Below, piece by piece: positions 56,678 through 64,000 of a DNA stretch of 64,000 nt. The translations under genes were made by a program, and so were the position numbers. Under the pieces are notes generated by a model. That model was not told the DNA's origin, did not search any database, and saw only the letters and a program-made list of their open reading frames with translations. Numbering within the stretch: the stretch's first letter is position 1; every line of letters begins with the position of its first letter. The DNA comes from Candidatus Eremiobacteria bacterium. GTDB lineage: Bacteria > Vulcanimicrobiota > Vulcanimicrobiia > Vulcanimicrobiales > Vulcanimicrobiaceae. The stretch is from assembly GCA_963737065.1 (NCBI GenBank), contig CAVTRC010000001.1:1440001-1504000 (forward strand), read 5' to 3'.

Positions 56678-56697
56678 GATGTGCTAGTGTATCAGAT

Positions 56698-57036
56698 ATG
56701 GTGAGGGCGCACACCCAAACGGTCGCTACCGTCGCATTGATCGTGACCGTGCTGTCCGGCCGGGTACTCGACGAAGGCAACGGCCGCGTTCTCGAGGGCG
56801 TTCACGTTCTCGCACAGGGGCCGACGACCACCGAAGCGACGACCGATCGTGACGGCCGCTTCGCGCTCGGCAAACTCAAGCCGGGACCTTATACGGTCAC
56901 CGCGCAGTCGGACGAAGTCCCGATGCAACTGTTCCACACGACGCTCGCGCCCGCGCACACGACCTATCTCGAGATGAAAGTTTGCAGCACGCGCTATGAC
57001 GCGCACTGCGGACCGCCGCCGCGCGGCCTACCGTAA
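56698..57036 (+). CDS. Carboxypeptidase-regulatory-like (prealbumin-fold) domain protein
   Basis: LSGRVLDE.NG..LEGVHV...ATTDRDGRF....LKPGPYTVTA pattern. Confidence 0.7.
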   Translation: MVRAHTQTVATVALIVTVLSGRVLDEGNGRVLEGVHVLAQGPTTTEATTDRDGRFALGKLKPGPYTVTAQSDEVPMQLFHTTLAPAHTTYLEMKVCSTRYDAHCGPPPRGLP

Positions 57037-57050
57037 AGAAGACGAGAAGC

Positions 57051-57611
57051 TCAGGCCTTCCCTAACGCAGGTTCGTGTTTGGCGAAGGGCCGCAAGCGCA
57101 GCGCTAGGCCGATCATCATGACGCCGAAAACAATCGCGTACGCGCCGATGAGCCAAATGACGGTCAAAATTCCGGCGAGCGGATAGACGATCATCAAGAT
57201 GCCGAAGACGAGCGACGCAATCCCGCCCAGTATCAACAGCCACTCGTTGTGAATCTCTTTGCGCAGCCGGAACGCCGCGACGAGCTCGAAGATACCGGTC
57301 AGAATCGCCCACGCCGCAATCGTGATGTAGAGCGCAAACGCCGTTAGGCGCGGATCGAAGAAGGTTATGGCGGCGATGATAAGGCCGACGACGCCCTCGA
57401 TGATGAATGCGCCCCAGCGTTCATGCGCTTGTGCCGCGCGAATTGCCGCGACGATGGCGAAGACGCCGTCGACGAATGCATACGCGCCGAAGAGAATCAC
57501 CAGTACAGCGCCGGTCGCTCCCGGCCATGCGAATGCGAGAATACCGAAGACGATCGCGGCGATGCCGCGGATCAGGACCGCCCACCAATTACGGGCGAGG
57601 GCGTGTAGCAT
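57051..57611 (-). CDS. HdeD/DUF308 family membrane protein
   Basis: RNWWAVLIRGIAAIVFGILAFAWP, FGAYAFVDG, WAILTGIFE; GGAGG RBS. Confidence 0.9.
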   Translation of the reverse strand: MLHALARNWWAVLIRGIAAIVFGILAFAWPGATGAVLVILFGAYAFVDGVFAIVAAIRAAQAHERWGAFIIEGVVGLIIAAITFFDPRLTAFALYITIAAWAILTGIFELVAAFRLRKEIHNEWLLILGGIASLVFGILMIVYPLAGILTVIWLIGAYAIVFGVMMIGLALRLRPFAKHEPALGKA

Positions 57612-57620
57612 GAAGCCTCC

Positions 57621-58964
57621 TTATTTGCCGATGCAGAATCTCGCAAAGACGCCCGTGAGCACTTCCTCGGCCGCAACATCGCCGCTCACGTGTCCCAATA
57701 CAGCATACGCCTGTTGCAAATCGCTGACTATCCAGTCGGTTGCGTCGCCGCGTCGCAACGTCGCCCGCGCTTCGGTGAGCGCCGAGAGCGCGGCATTTAC
57801 GGCATCGAACTCAAAGAGCGACGCGAGATGCGGCCGCTCGAGATCCGGCACTTCACCGCCCCATCCCACGCGGGCAATCGCCGCGCGAATCGCGCGAAGC
57901 GTGCCCGGCTCGCGCACGGAACCAACGATCGCACCGCTGACGTTTGCTTCGTGCGCACCGTCTTCGCCGAGATCGGCTTTGTTGAAAAATACGACGCGTT
58001 CGCGTTCGGCTGTGGCGATCAAAAGCGCACGCGTCTCGGCATCGAGCGGTTGAGAGCCGTCGAGTACGACGAACGCAATGCGCGCCGACGTTAAGACACG
58101 GCGCGTGCGTTCGATGCCGGCGGCTTCGAGACGGTCGGCATGTTGACGAATCCCCGCGGTATCGACGAGGCGCACGCGGACGCCGTCGATTGCGATCGAC
58201 TCCTCGATCGTGTCCCGCGTCGTCCCCGGAATTTCGGAGACGATTGCGCGCTCTTCGCCGAGCAAGGCATTCAGCAAGGACGACTTCCCCGCGTTCGGTG
58301 GCCCAACGATTGCGACGGTGACGCCTTCGCGCACGAGCCGTCCGATTTCGCCGTCGTGTCGCAGTTGCTCTAGCCGCTCGAGCATCGCGCGCAGTTCGGC
58401 ATCCACGCGTGCGCGATCCGGCTCGGGCACTTCGTCCGGGAAATCGATCGCGCCGCTGCATTCTTCGACGATCGCCGTCAAGCGCGCGCGCAACGCACGA
58501 ATCTCGTTCGCCAATCCTCCGCCGAGGTTCGCGAACGCGGCACGCGCCGCGGAACGCGTCTCAGCATCGATGAGATCGGCAACGGATGAAGCGGCGTGAA
58601 GATCCATCTTTCCGTTCATGAAGGCTCGCCGCGTGAACTCGCCCGGCTCGGCCAGGCGCGCGCCGCGCGCTAGCAGCGCCCGCACGACGTCGTTTGCGAC
58701 GACGGGCGAGCCGTGCACGTGCAATTCGAGCGTGTCTTCGCCCGTGTACGAATGCGGCGCAGGCGAAAACAACACGAGCCCGCGGTCAACGGCACGATGG
58801 CGTTCGTCGACAATTTCCGCGTAGTGCGCGTAACGCGGACGCAAGGCCACGTCGGGCACGATCTGCGCGGCCAGCGCGCGTACCTCCGGCCCGCTCACGC
58901 GAACGATCGCGATTGCGCCGCGTCCGGGCGGCGTCGCGATCGCGGCAATCGTATCGACGCTCAT
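57621..58964 (-). CDS. mnmE: tRNA modification GTPase MnmE/TrmE
   Basis: DTIAAIATPPG, SYTGED, EPGEFTRRAF, GPPNAGKSS, GTTRD, DTAG, NKAD, C-terminal FCIGK. Confidence 0.98.
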   Translation of the reverse strand: MSVDTIAAIATPPGRGAIAIVRVSGPEVRALAAQIVPDVALRPRYAHYAEIVDERHRAVDRGLVLFSPAPHSYTGEDTLELHVHGSPVVANDVVRALLARGARLAEPGEFTRRAFMNGKMDLHAASSVADLIDAETRSAARAAFANLGGGLANEIRALRARLTAIVEECSGAIDFPDEVPEPDRARVDAELRAMLERLEQLRHDGEIGRLVREGVTVAIVGPPNAGKSSLLNALLGEERAIVSEIPGTTRDTIEESIAIDGVRVRLVDTAGIRQHADRLEAAGIERTRRVLTSARIAFVVLDGSQPLDAETRALLIATAERERVVFFNKADLGEDGAHEANVSGAIVGSVREPGTLRAIRAAIARVGWGGEVPDLERPHLASLFEFDAVNAALSALTEARATLRRGDATDWIVSDLQQAYAVLGHVSGDVAAEEVLTGVFARFCIGK

Positions 58965-60550
58965 TGCAGCGACCAGTCCTGCGTTTGTCCGAAGTTGTAG
59001 AGCATGTTCGGCGCGACGCCGTGCAGCGACGGATTGATCGCTTCGTATTCGGTGCGGTACACGGTAAAGACGGCCGTCACATTATCGAATATCCGCTGCT
59101 GCATGATATGGAAATCCTGCGTTCGGCGTGCCTGGTCAACGGTTCGCGCTTGATCGTAGAACGCTGCATCGTAACGCGCGTCGCACATGCGCGCCAAATT
59201 CGGTCCCGCCGGCGCGCGATTCGCGCAGATCCACGGCTCCGACGTCTCCGGGTCGAGGCCGCCGTACCAGCCGCTGGCCGCAACGTCGAACCGGCCGCCG
59301 TAATAGATGCCGCCTTGTCCCGCCGGCGCCGCCAACACGCTCGGTGCCGCCCCGCGCAGTATCGCGTTCATCCCCGCGTCGCGAAGATTCTCTTGCACGA
59401 CGGTCGCTACCGAGCGCGACATGACGTCCGCGTTGTTGAACGCGATGCGCACGTCGCCGGTGTAGCCTGCAGCGCGCACGAGCGCCCGCGCTCGCGCCGG
59501 ATCGTACGGGCGCGCAACGATCGACGCATCGTGTTCCGTAAAGACCGGCGGCACTTCCGTCGTCGCTAGCGGTGAAAGAGCGTGATAGACGGTTCGTTGC
59601 AGGGTCGCGCGATCGATCGCGTAAGCGACGGCTTCACGCATCCGACGGTCGCGCATAGCAGAGCCTTGCGTTTGCAACTCGAGCAAATCGCTTTCATTGC
59701 GCGGGACGGCGATCGCCGATACGTCAGGCAATCGCCGCACTTCTTCGACTTGAGACGCGGTAATGTCGGTGAAGTCGACCTCGTGCGCGCGCAATGCTAC
59801 GAGCGCCGCGTTTTCATCGGGAACGATCTTGACGACGAGGCGCTGGAGCTTCGGATGCTGCCACGAATACGGATTCCGCTCCATCATCACGCGATCGCCG
59901 CGACGCCACTGCGTGACGTAGAACGGCCCGGTGCCGAAGGGATGATTGTTCCACTCGGCATGACGCATGTCGGGATTGTCGTGAAACGCGTGCGCGGGAA
60001 GAATGCCGAAGATGTAGTCGCTTGCCGCGAACAGTTCGCGCGGCGCGCCCACCCACGGCGCCTTTAAATGAAACACAATCGTGTATTTATCCGGCGCATC
60101 GACCGAGGCGACGCGCAGATACGGCGCCATTTCGCTGATCGCATTGCGCGTATCCGTCGCCGCCCGAAACGTGAACACGACATCATGCGAGGTGAACTCC
60201 ACGCCGTCGGCAAACCGAACGCCGCGGCGCAAATGATACGTGATGGTCCGCGCGTCGTGCGAGATACCGCCGTTCGTCACCGTCGGAACCTCTTCGCACA
60301 GGATCGGGATCGCATGATTGCGGGGACTGATTCCGACAAGCGGTTGTGCGTAGACCTGCGTCAAGTCGATCAGGCGCTGCCCGAATGCGAGCAGCGGATT
60401 AAGCGTCCAGATGTCGCCGCGCTGCGCGATACGGACTTCACCCGGCGTACCCCAATGCGAGCTCGATCGCGTACACGCGGTCAGCAGCGCAAGCGCGCTT
60501 AGTTTAACAGCGCAAGAACAGGCAACGCGCCAAGCTGTCGACGATCGCAT
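58961..60550 (-). CDS. Peptide/nickel ABC transporter substrate-binding lipoprotein (family 5)
   Basis: Lipobox LTAC, TLNP, ITYHLRRGVRFADG, GTGPF, REAVAYAIDR. Confidence 0.88.
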   Translation of the reverse strand: MRSSTAWRVACSCAVKLSALALLTACTRSSSHWGTPGEVRIAQRGDIWTLNPLLAFGQRLIDLTQVYAQPLVGISPRNHAIPILCEEVPTVTNGGISHDARTITYHLRRGVRFADGVEFTSHDVVFTFRAATDTRNAISEMAPYLRVASVDAPDKYTIVFHLKAPWVGAPRELFAASDYIFGILPAHAFHDNPDMRHAEWNNHPFGTGPFYVTQWRRGDRVMMERNPYSWQHPKLQRLVVKIVPDENAALVALRAHEVDFTDITASQVEEVRRLPDVSAIAVPRNESDLLELQTQGSAMRDRRMREAVAYAIDRATLQRTVYHALSPLATTEVPPVFTEHDASIVARPYDPARARALVRAAGYTGDVRIAFNNADVMSRSVATVVQENLRDAGMNAILRGAAPSVLAAPAGQGGIYYGGRFDVAASGWYGGLDPETSEPWICANRAPAGPNLARMCDARYDAAFYDQARTVDQARRTQDFHIMQQRIFDNVTAVFTVYRTEYEAINPSLHGVAPNMLYNFGQTQDWSLQ

Positions 60551-60644
60551 TCACGACCAGTTGCAGCGACGCCGCGAAGAATGCCTTCATGCATATGGCG
60601 ACCCGGACGGATCGTTGACGGCGCTCGTAAGCGTGAACGAAACG

Positions 60645-61088
60645 CTAGAGCGCATTGCGCTGCGCGACGATTGCATCGTAAAGTCCTTGCGGATCGTCCG
60701 TGCCGAGTGTGACGCGGGCGCCGTCACGTTTTGTGATCTCGACGGCTTGAAATCCGCCTACATTCCAGAGCCAGCCGTGCCAGATCGTCCAGTGAATGCC
60801 CCAGCCCTCGAGCAAATTCGTCTCGGTTCCTTCGACGCTTTGGATATCCGCCAACGCAACGGACGCCGCCGGCCATCCCCACCCGAACGACCACGACACC
60901 GCGTCTGAATCAACGCGCGTCGTGAGGCGCGAAAAGATCGCGATTGCCACTGCCACGATGACGCTGCCGATCGCGAGGCCCGGCCCGGTCGAGGGTTCCG
61001 TACGCGAAAAGAAAACAAACATCGCGAGCACGACGATCGCAATCCAATACATCCACGTCGAGTGCTGCCGATGCTCGTACCGTTCCAT
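60645..61088 (-). CDS. Hypothetical membrane protein (two TM + bacterial PH-like domain)
   Basis: Two TM helices, then GWGIH...GWLWNVGG..AVEI...LGTDDP. Confidence 0.75.
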   Translation of the reverse strand: MERYEHRQHSTWMYWIAIVVLAMFVFFSRTEPSTGPGLAIGSVIVAVAIAIFSRLTTRVDSDAVSWSFGWGWPAASVALADIQSVEGTETNLLEGWGIHWTIWHGWLWNVGGFQAVEITKRDGARVTLGTDDPQGLYDAIVAQRNAL

Positions 61089-61154
61089 GCCGGTTCTTAC
61101 CGGGCGGCGGCGAAAAGGTTGCGTAAGAGCCGTTGCGCACGGGCGGCGTTGACG

Positions 61155-61823
61155 TTACTTCGGAAATACGACCACGCAGCGTTCCGGCTCTTCACCCTCC
61201 GACTCGGTTCGTACCGCCGAATTCTCGGCAAGCGCGATGTGGACGATCTTGCGTTCCGACGGCAGCATCGGTTCGAGCTTGACCGCTTTATTGTCGCGCG
61301 TCACGCGTTCGAGCGTGGCAAGCGCGACATTCTTCAACTGGTCCGCACGCCGCGCGCGATAGCCTTCGGCATCGATCGTATAATAACGGCGATTGTTTCG
61401 TACGCCGGCATTGATGATGTTGTTGAACACCAAATTGAGCGCTTCCAGCGTATTGCCGTGCCGTCCGATCAACATCGCGAGATCAGGACCCGTCACTTCG
61501 AGATATTCGCCCTCTTGGCGGGGGATGTAGCTGATCTCGGTATTTGTCACGCCCATGCGAGCGAGAATCTCATTGAGGAGATCGCGCGCAGGTAGCGCAT
61601 CCGGCGGGAACTCATGCTTCTCACCGCTGTGATAGGCGCCAAGCGGCGCGGCATAACGGCGCCCACCGACGTTTCCGCCACGTCGACCGCCGCCGCCACC
61701 GCCACTACCGCCGCGCCGCTGTCCGCCGCCGCCGCCCGTGCGCGTTTCGTTCTTGCCGGGAATCTGGCGGTCGCGAATGTTCGCGGGCTGTTCTTCGAAC
61801 TCGAAATCGTCTTCGTACAACAT
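61155..61823 (-). CDS. jag: Jag/EloR (KhpB) KH-R3H RNA-binding protein lacking the Jag_N domain
   Basis: LIGRHGNTLEAL (KH), EPMLPSERKIVH (R3H), SEGEEPER; downstream of yidC. Confidence 0.9.
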   Translation of the reverse strand: MLYEDDFEFEEQPANIRDRQIPGKNETRTGGGGGQRRGGSGGGGGGRRGGNVGGRRYAAPLGAYHSGEKHEFPPDALPARDLLNEILARMGVTNTEISYIPRQEGEYLEVTGPDLAMLIGRHGNTLEALNLVFNNIINAGVRNNRRYYTIDAEGYRARRADQLKNVALATLERVTRDNKAVKLEPMLPSERKIVHIALAENSAVRTESEGEEPERCVVVFPK

Positions 61824-62696
61824 CTAGGAATTCGCGCCTTTCGTCTTCTTCTTCACCTTATACGTCTTCGCCGCGCCCGATTGCTTCGGCGCTTTCTTCT
61901 TTGGCTTTGCGCCGTCGGTCGGAACGTTGACATCTTGCGCCGCCGGAACGTCGGTAATTGCGTGCGCGCTATCCAGGAACGACAGCGGCTCGTGATAGCG
62001 GCGCAGCAAATAGAATTGCTGGGCCATTTGGAAAATGTTCGAGGAGAACCAGTAGAGCACCATCGCGGACGGCCATTGGTACTTGAAGCCGATGAATCCA
62101 AGCATGACCGGCGAGAGGATCGACATCATCTTTTGCGTCTGCGCTTGCTGCGGATCCGTCGCCGGCATGCTGCCGAAGCGCACGCTCACGTACATCGACA
62201 GCGCGTAGAGCACGAGCAGCAGCAAATCTGCATGCGCGAGGCTTGCCGCAAAGACCGGCACGCCGAAAAGCACCGGCGAGTGCTGCGCAATAACGCTTCC
62301 AATCCACAAGAAGTCTTGATTTTCGTACTGCGACTTGTGCTGGAGCACCATATAGAAGACGCTGATGATGAACGGGTATTGTACGATCAGCGGCAAGCAC
62401 CCGGAGAGCGGATTGGCACCGGCTTCTTTATACAGTGCCATCGTTTCGCTTTGAAGTTTCTGCGGATCGTTCTTATAGCGCGTCTGCAGCTGCTTGATCC
62501 TCGGCGCAACCTTTTGCATCGCCATCATCGACTTGAACTGCTTGCTGTTCAGCGGCCAGAAGATGAGGCGAATGAGCGCGGCAAGGATGATCAAACTGAT
62601 GCCGAGACTGTGAATCGGCGTGTTGATCGCGTTGACCAGCCATGCCATGCCGTTGACGATCGGATCGAGCCAGCTGGTGGCGAGAATCAGGTGCAA
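61824..62696 (-). CDS. yidC: Membrane protein insertase YidC (short, Gram-positive-like form)
   Basis: GISLIILAALIRLIFWPL, MQKVAP, LYKEAGANPLSGCLP, FLWI, LYWFSSN. Confidence 0.95.
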   Translation of the reverse strand: MHLILATSWLDPIVNGMAWLVNAINTPIHSLGISLIILAALIRLIFWPLNSKQFKSMMAMQKVAPRIKQLQTRYKNDPQKLQSETMALYKEAGANPLSGCLPLIVQYPFIISVFYMVLQHKSQYENQDFLWIGSVIAQHSPVLFGVPVFAASLAHADLLLLVLYALSMYVSVRFGSMPATDPQQAQTQKMMSILSPVMLGFIGFKYQWPSAMVLYWFSSNIFQMAQQFYLLRRYHEPLSFLDSAHAITDVPAAQDVNVPTDGAKPKKKAPKQSGAAKTYKVKKKTKGANS

Positions 62697-62699
62697 CGC

Positions 62700-62936
62700 T
62701 TACCTTTCCAAGTGAGAGCACACAGTTGCCGGGACGAAATCCACGCCGCCGGGGTGCCCTGGGTGACAGCGAGCGATGCGCCGGAGTGTCAGCCACGTTC
62801 CGCGCAGCGTTCCAAATCGTTGAATGGATTCGACCGCGTACTGAGAGCAGCTCGGATAGAACCGGCAATGCGGTCCCAGCAGAGGCGAGATCGCGATCTG
62901 ATAGACACGAATCGGAAGCATGAAGAAATAGCGCAC
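62700..62936 (-). CDS. yidD: Membrane protein insertion efficiency factor YidD
   Basis: YQIAISP...[10 protein letters not shown]...RIARCHP..PGGVD. Start GTG at 62936. Confidence 0.95.
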   Translation of the reverse strand: MRYFFMLPIRVYQIAISPLLGPHCRFYPSCSQYAVESIQRFGTLRGTWLTLRRIARCHPGHPGGVDFVPATVCSHLER

Positions 62937-62946
62937 GGTTCTTGCC

Positions 62947-63264
62947 CTATACCAATGCCCGCTCGAGATCGTTTCGCAACTGAGCAAAGGGCGTCGTGGC
63001 GGCGGCGGGCCGCGCGACGACGAGCAGACGCAGGCGGCGCTCTTTGAGCGCTCCGCGCAAAATCGCCGCCACGCGGCGGCGAACGGTGTTCCGGACGACG
63101 GCCCCTCCGACGGGCTTGCCGACCGTGATGCCGACCACCGAAGTGGTGTCCTTCGGGAGCGGATCGGCACGGTAAACGGTCAAGGCTGCGGTGGCGATAC
63201 GCCGGCCGCGCTGACGCAGTCGATTGAATTCCCAACTGCGACGCAGGCTGGCATAAGCGCGCAT
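62947..63264 (-). CDS. rnpA: Ribonuclease P protein component
   Basis: [27 protein letters not shown] (RNR motif). Start ATG 63264, overlapping the rpmH stop. Confidence 0.92.
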   Translation of the reverse strand: MRAYASLRRSWEFNRLRQRGRRIATAALTVYRADPLPKDTTSVVGITVGKPVGGAVVRNTVRRRVAAILRGALKERRLRLLVVARPAAATTPFAQLRNDLERALV

Positions 63265-63398
63265 CAGACGGTCAGGCGGTGACGCCCCTTCTTGCGACGG
63301 CGCGACAAGACAGCCCGGCCGTTCTTCGTGGACATCCGCTCGAGGAAGCCGTGCACGCGTTTGCGCCGGCGGTTGTGCGGCTGAAATGTCCGCTTCAT
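63264..63398 (-). CDS. rpmH: 50S ribosomal protein L34
   Basis: Read manually: [44 protein letters not shown]. Confidence 0.98.
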   Translation of the reverse strand: MKRTFQPHNRRRKRVHGFLERMSTKNGRAVLSRRRKKGRHRLTV

Positions 63399-63538
63399 AG
63401 CTTGCTCTACTCTCCAAGGCAAAAATGGCCGCCACTCGGCGGCACACAGCCCCTAAGTATAGGGTCCGGCGCTCGGGGGCGTCAAGGCGACATCGTAACA
63501 CCACGTTACAATTTGCATTTGCCGGCGGGGTGATAGGG

Positions 63539-63715
63539 ATTTCCACACCTGTGGACAGGCCTGTGGACAACCTCAGCGCGCGACCATCCGCGAGCATCGA
63601 AAAATCGGCATGAAACCGGGCTTTTTCGCGCGTGTCAAGTATCCCGCGAAGGCTGCGCAAATTGCGTAAAAACACCGTAAAACTCGATAAAAATGCACTG
63701 TGGATAAGTGGATAA
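63539..63715. promoter_or_regulatory. DnaA-box cluster in the rpmH-dnaA intergenic region (oriC / dnaA autoregulatory region)
   Basis: Perfect TGTGGATAA at 63699-63707. Near-consensus boxes: AGTGGATAA 63707-63715, TGTGGACAA 63562-63570, TGTGGACAG 63550-63558, ATTTCCACA 63539-63547. Locally AT-rich. Confidence 0.88.
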
Positions 63716-63852
63716 ATTCTGCTCCAAAAACCGCAGGAGAGAGGCCCCATTAAGCCAACCGAAAGCGTCCTCACGGGACCCCAGGAGGGGGCGGCGGGAT
63801 GCGGCGCTTCATGGTGGTCCGAGCTACTTTTTGGTCGATGGGGACACAGAGG

Positions 63853-64000
63853 ATGGCGCTTGCGGTTGGCAACTCCGACATCTCAAACGAGCTGTGGAAT
63901 TCCGCCCTGGAGGCACTCGAACGGAAGTTTTCCAAGCCAATTTTCGAGATGTGGATCAAACCGATCCGACTGGTCTCGATGCACGGCGGGGAACTGCTGC
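63853..64000 (+). CDS. dnaA: Chromosomal replication initiator DnaA (5' part only)
   Basis: MALAVGNSDISNELWNSALEALERKFSKPIFEMWIKPIRLV matches DnaA domain I; divergent from rpmH. Confidence 0.93.
   Translation, partial: MALAVGNSDISNELWNSALEALERKFSKPIFEMWIKPIRLVSMHGGELL

Noticed and set aside
61614..63047. Long antisense ORFs (e.g. 61614-63047 +, 8689-9825 +, 35167-36186 +, 47478-48488 +)
   Set aside because: Shadow frames of well-supported opposite-strand genes, expected in high-GC DNA.
62947..63774. Long N-terminal extensions in the ORF track (rnpA 275 aa, smc, trpS, accB, yidD, glyoxalase, smallA)
   Set aside because: The extensions overlap upstream genes or oriC; family motifs begin at the downstream starts used above.

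Overview
GC-rich bacterial chromosome segment lying immediately left of the replication origin. The right end carries the classic oriC-proximal cluster: dnaA (partial), DnaA boxes, rpmH, rnpA, yidD, yidC, jag, mnmE, mnmG, rsmG, parA and parB, with two parS-like sites. Most genes are on the minus strand, pointing away from oriC. Much of the window is housekeeping: aspS, hisS, trpS, purH, smc, rnc, fabF, accB, rpmA, obgE, nadD, maf, mreC, mreD, mrdA, thiD, thiE and a CCA-adding enzyme. An ADP-heptose/LPS-core cluster (gmhA, split hldA/hldC, an LpxB-like gene, GT2 and GT9 glycosyltransferases) sits between hisS and aspS. Terrabacteria-type markers (L27 N-terminal extension, Obg C-terminal domain, Jag) together with LPS genes suggest a diderm Terrabacteria lineage such as Eremiobacterota/Vulcanimicrobiota; this is inference. 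The best candidate for an undescribed system is at 34658-41962. It is a tandemly duplicated two-gene module: each copy pairs a ~1090-aa protein (six DUF11-like Ig repeats, a shared novel helical C-terminal domain, no signal peptide) with a small single-TM HEAT-like protein. Other notable signals are a 6-copy 28-bp spacerless tandem array next to the parS sites, a GT2-GT9 fusion apparently made by a 1-nt insertion, an L27 with a Prp-type cleavage leader but no local prp/rplU, a decayed IS1202/ISNCY-like end, and a pair of TonB-C-like secreted paralogs. No rRNA, tRNA, cas or intact phage genes were recognised. All product calls come from motif recognition by eye, not database searches.
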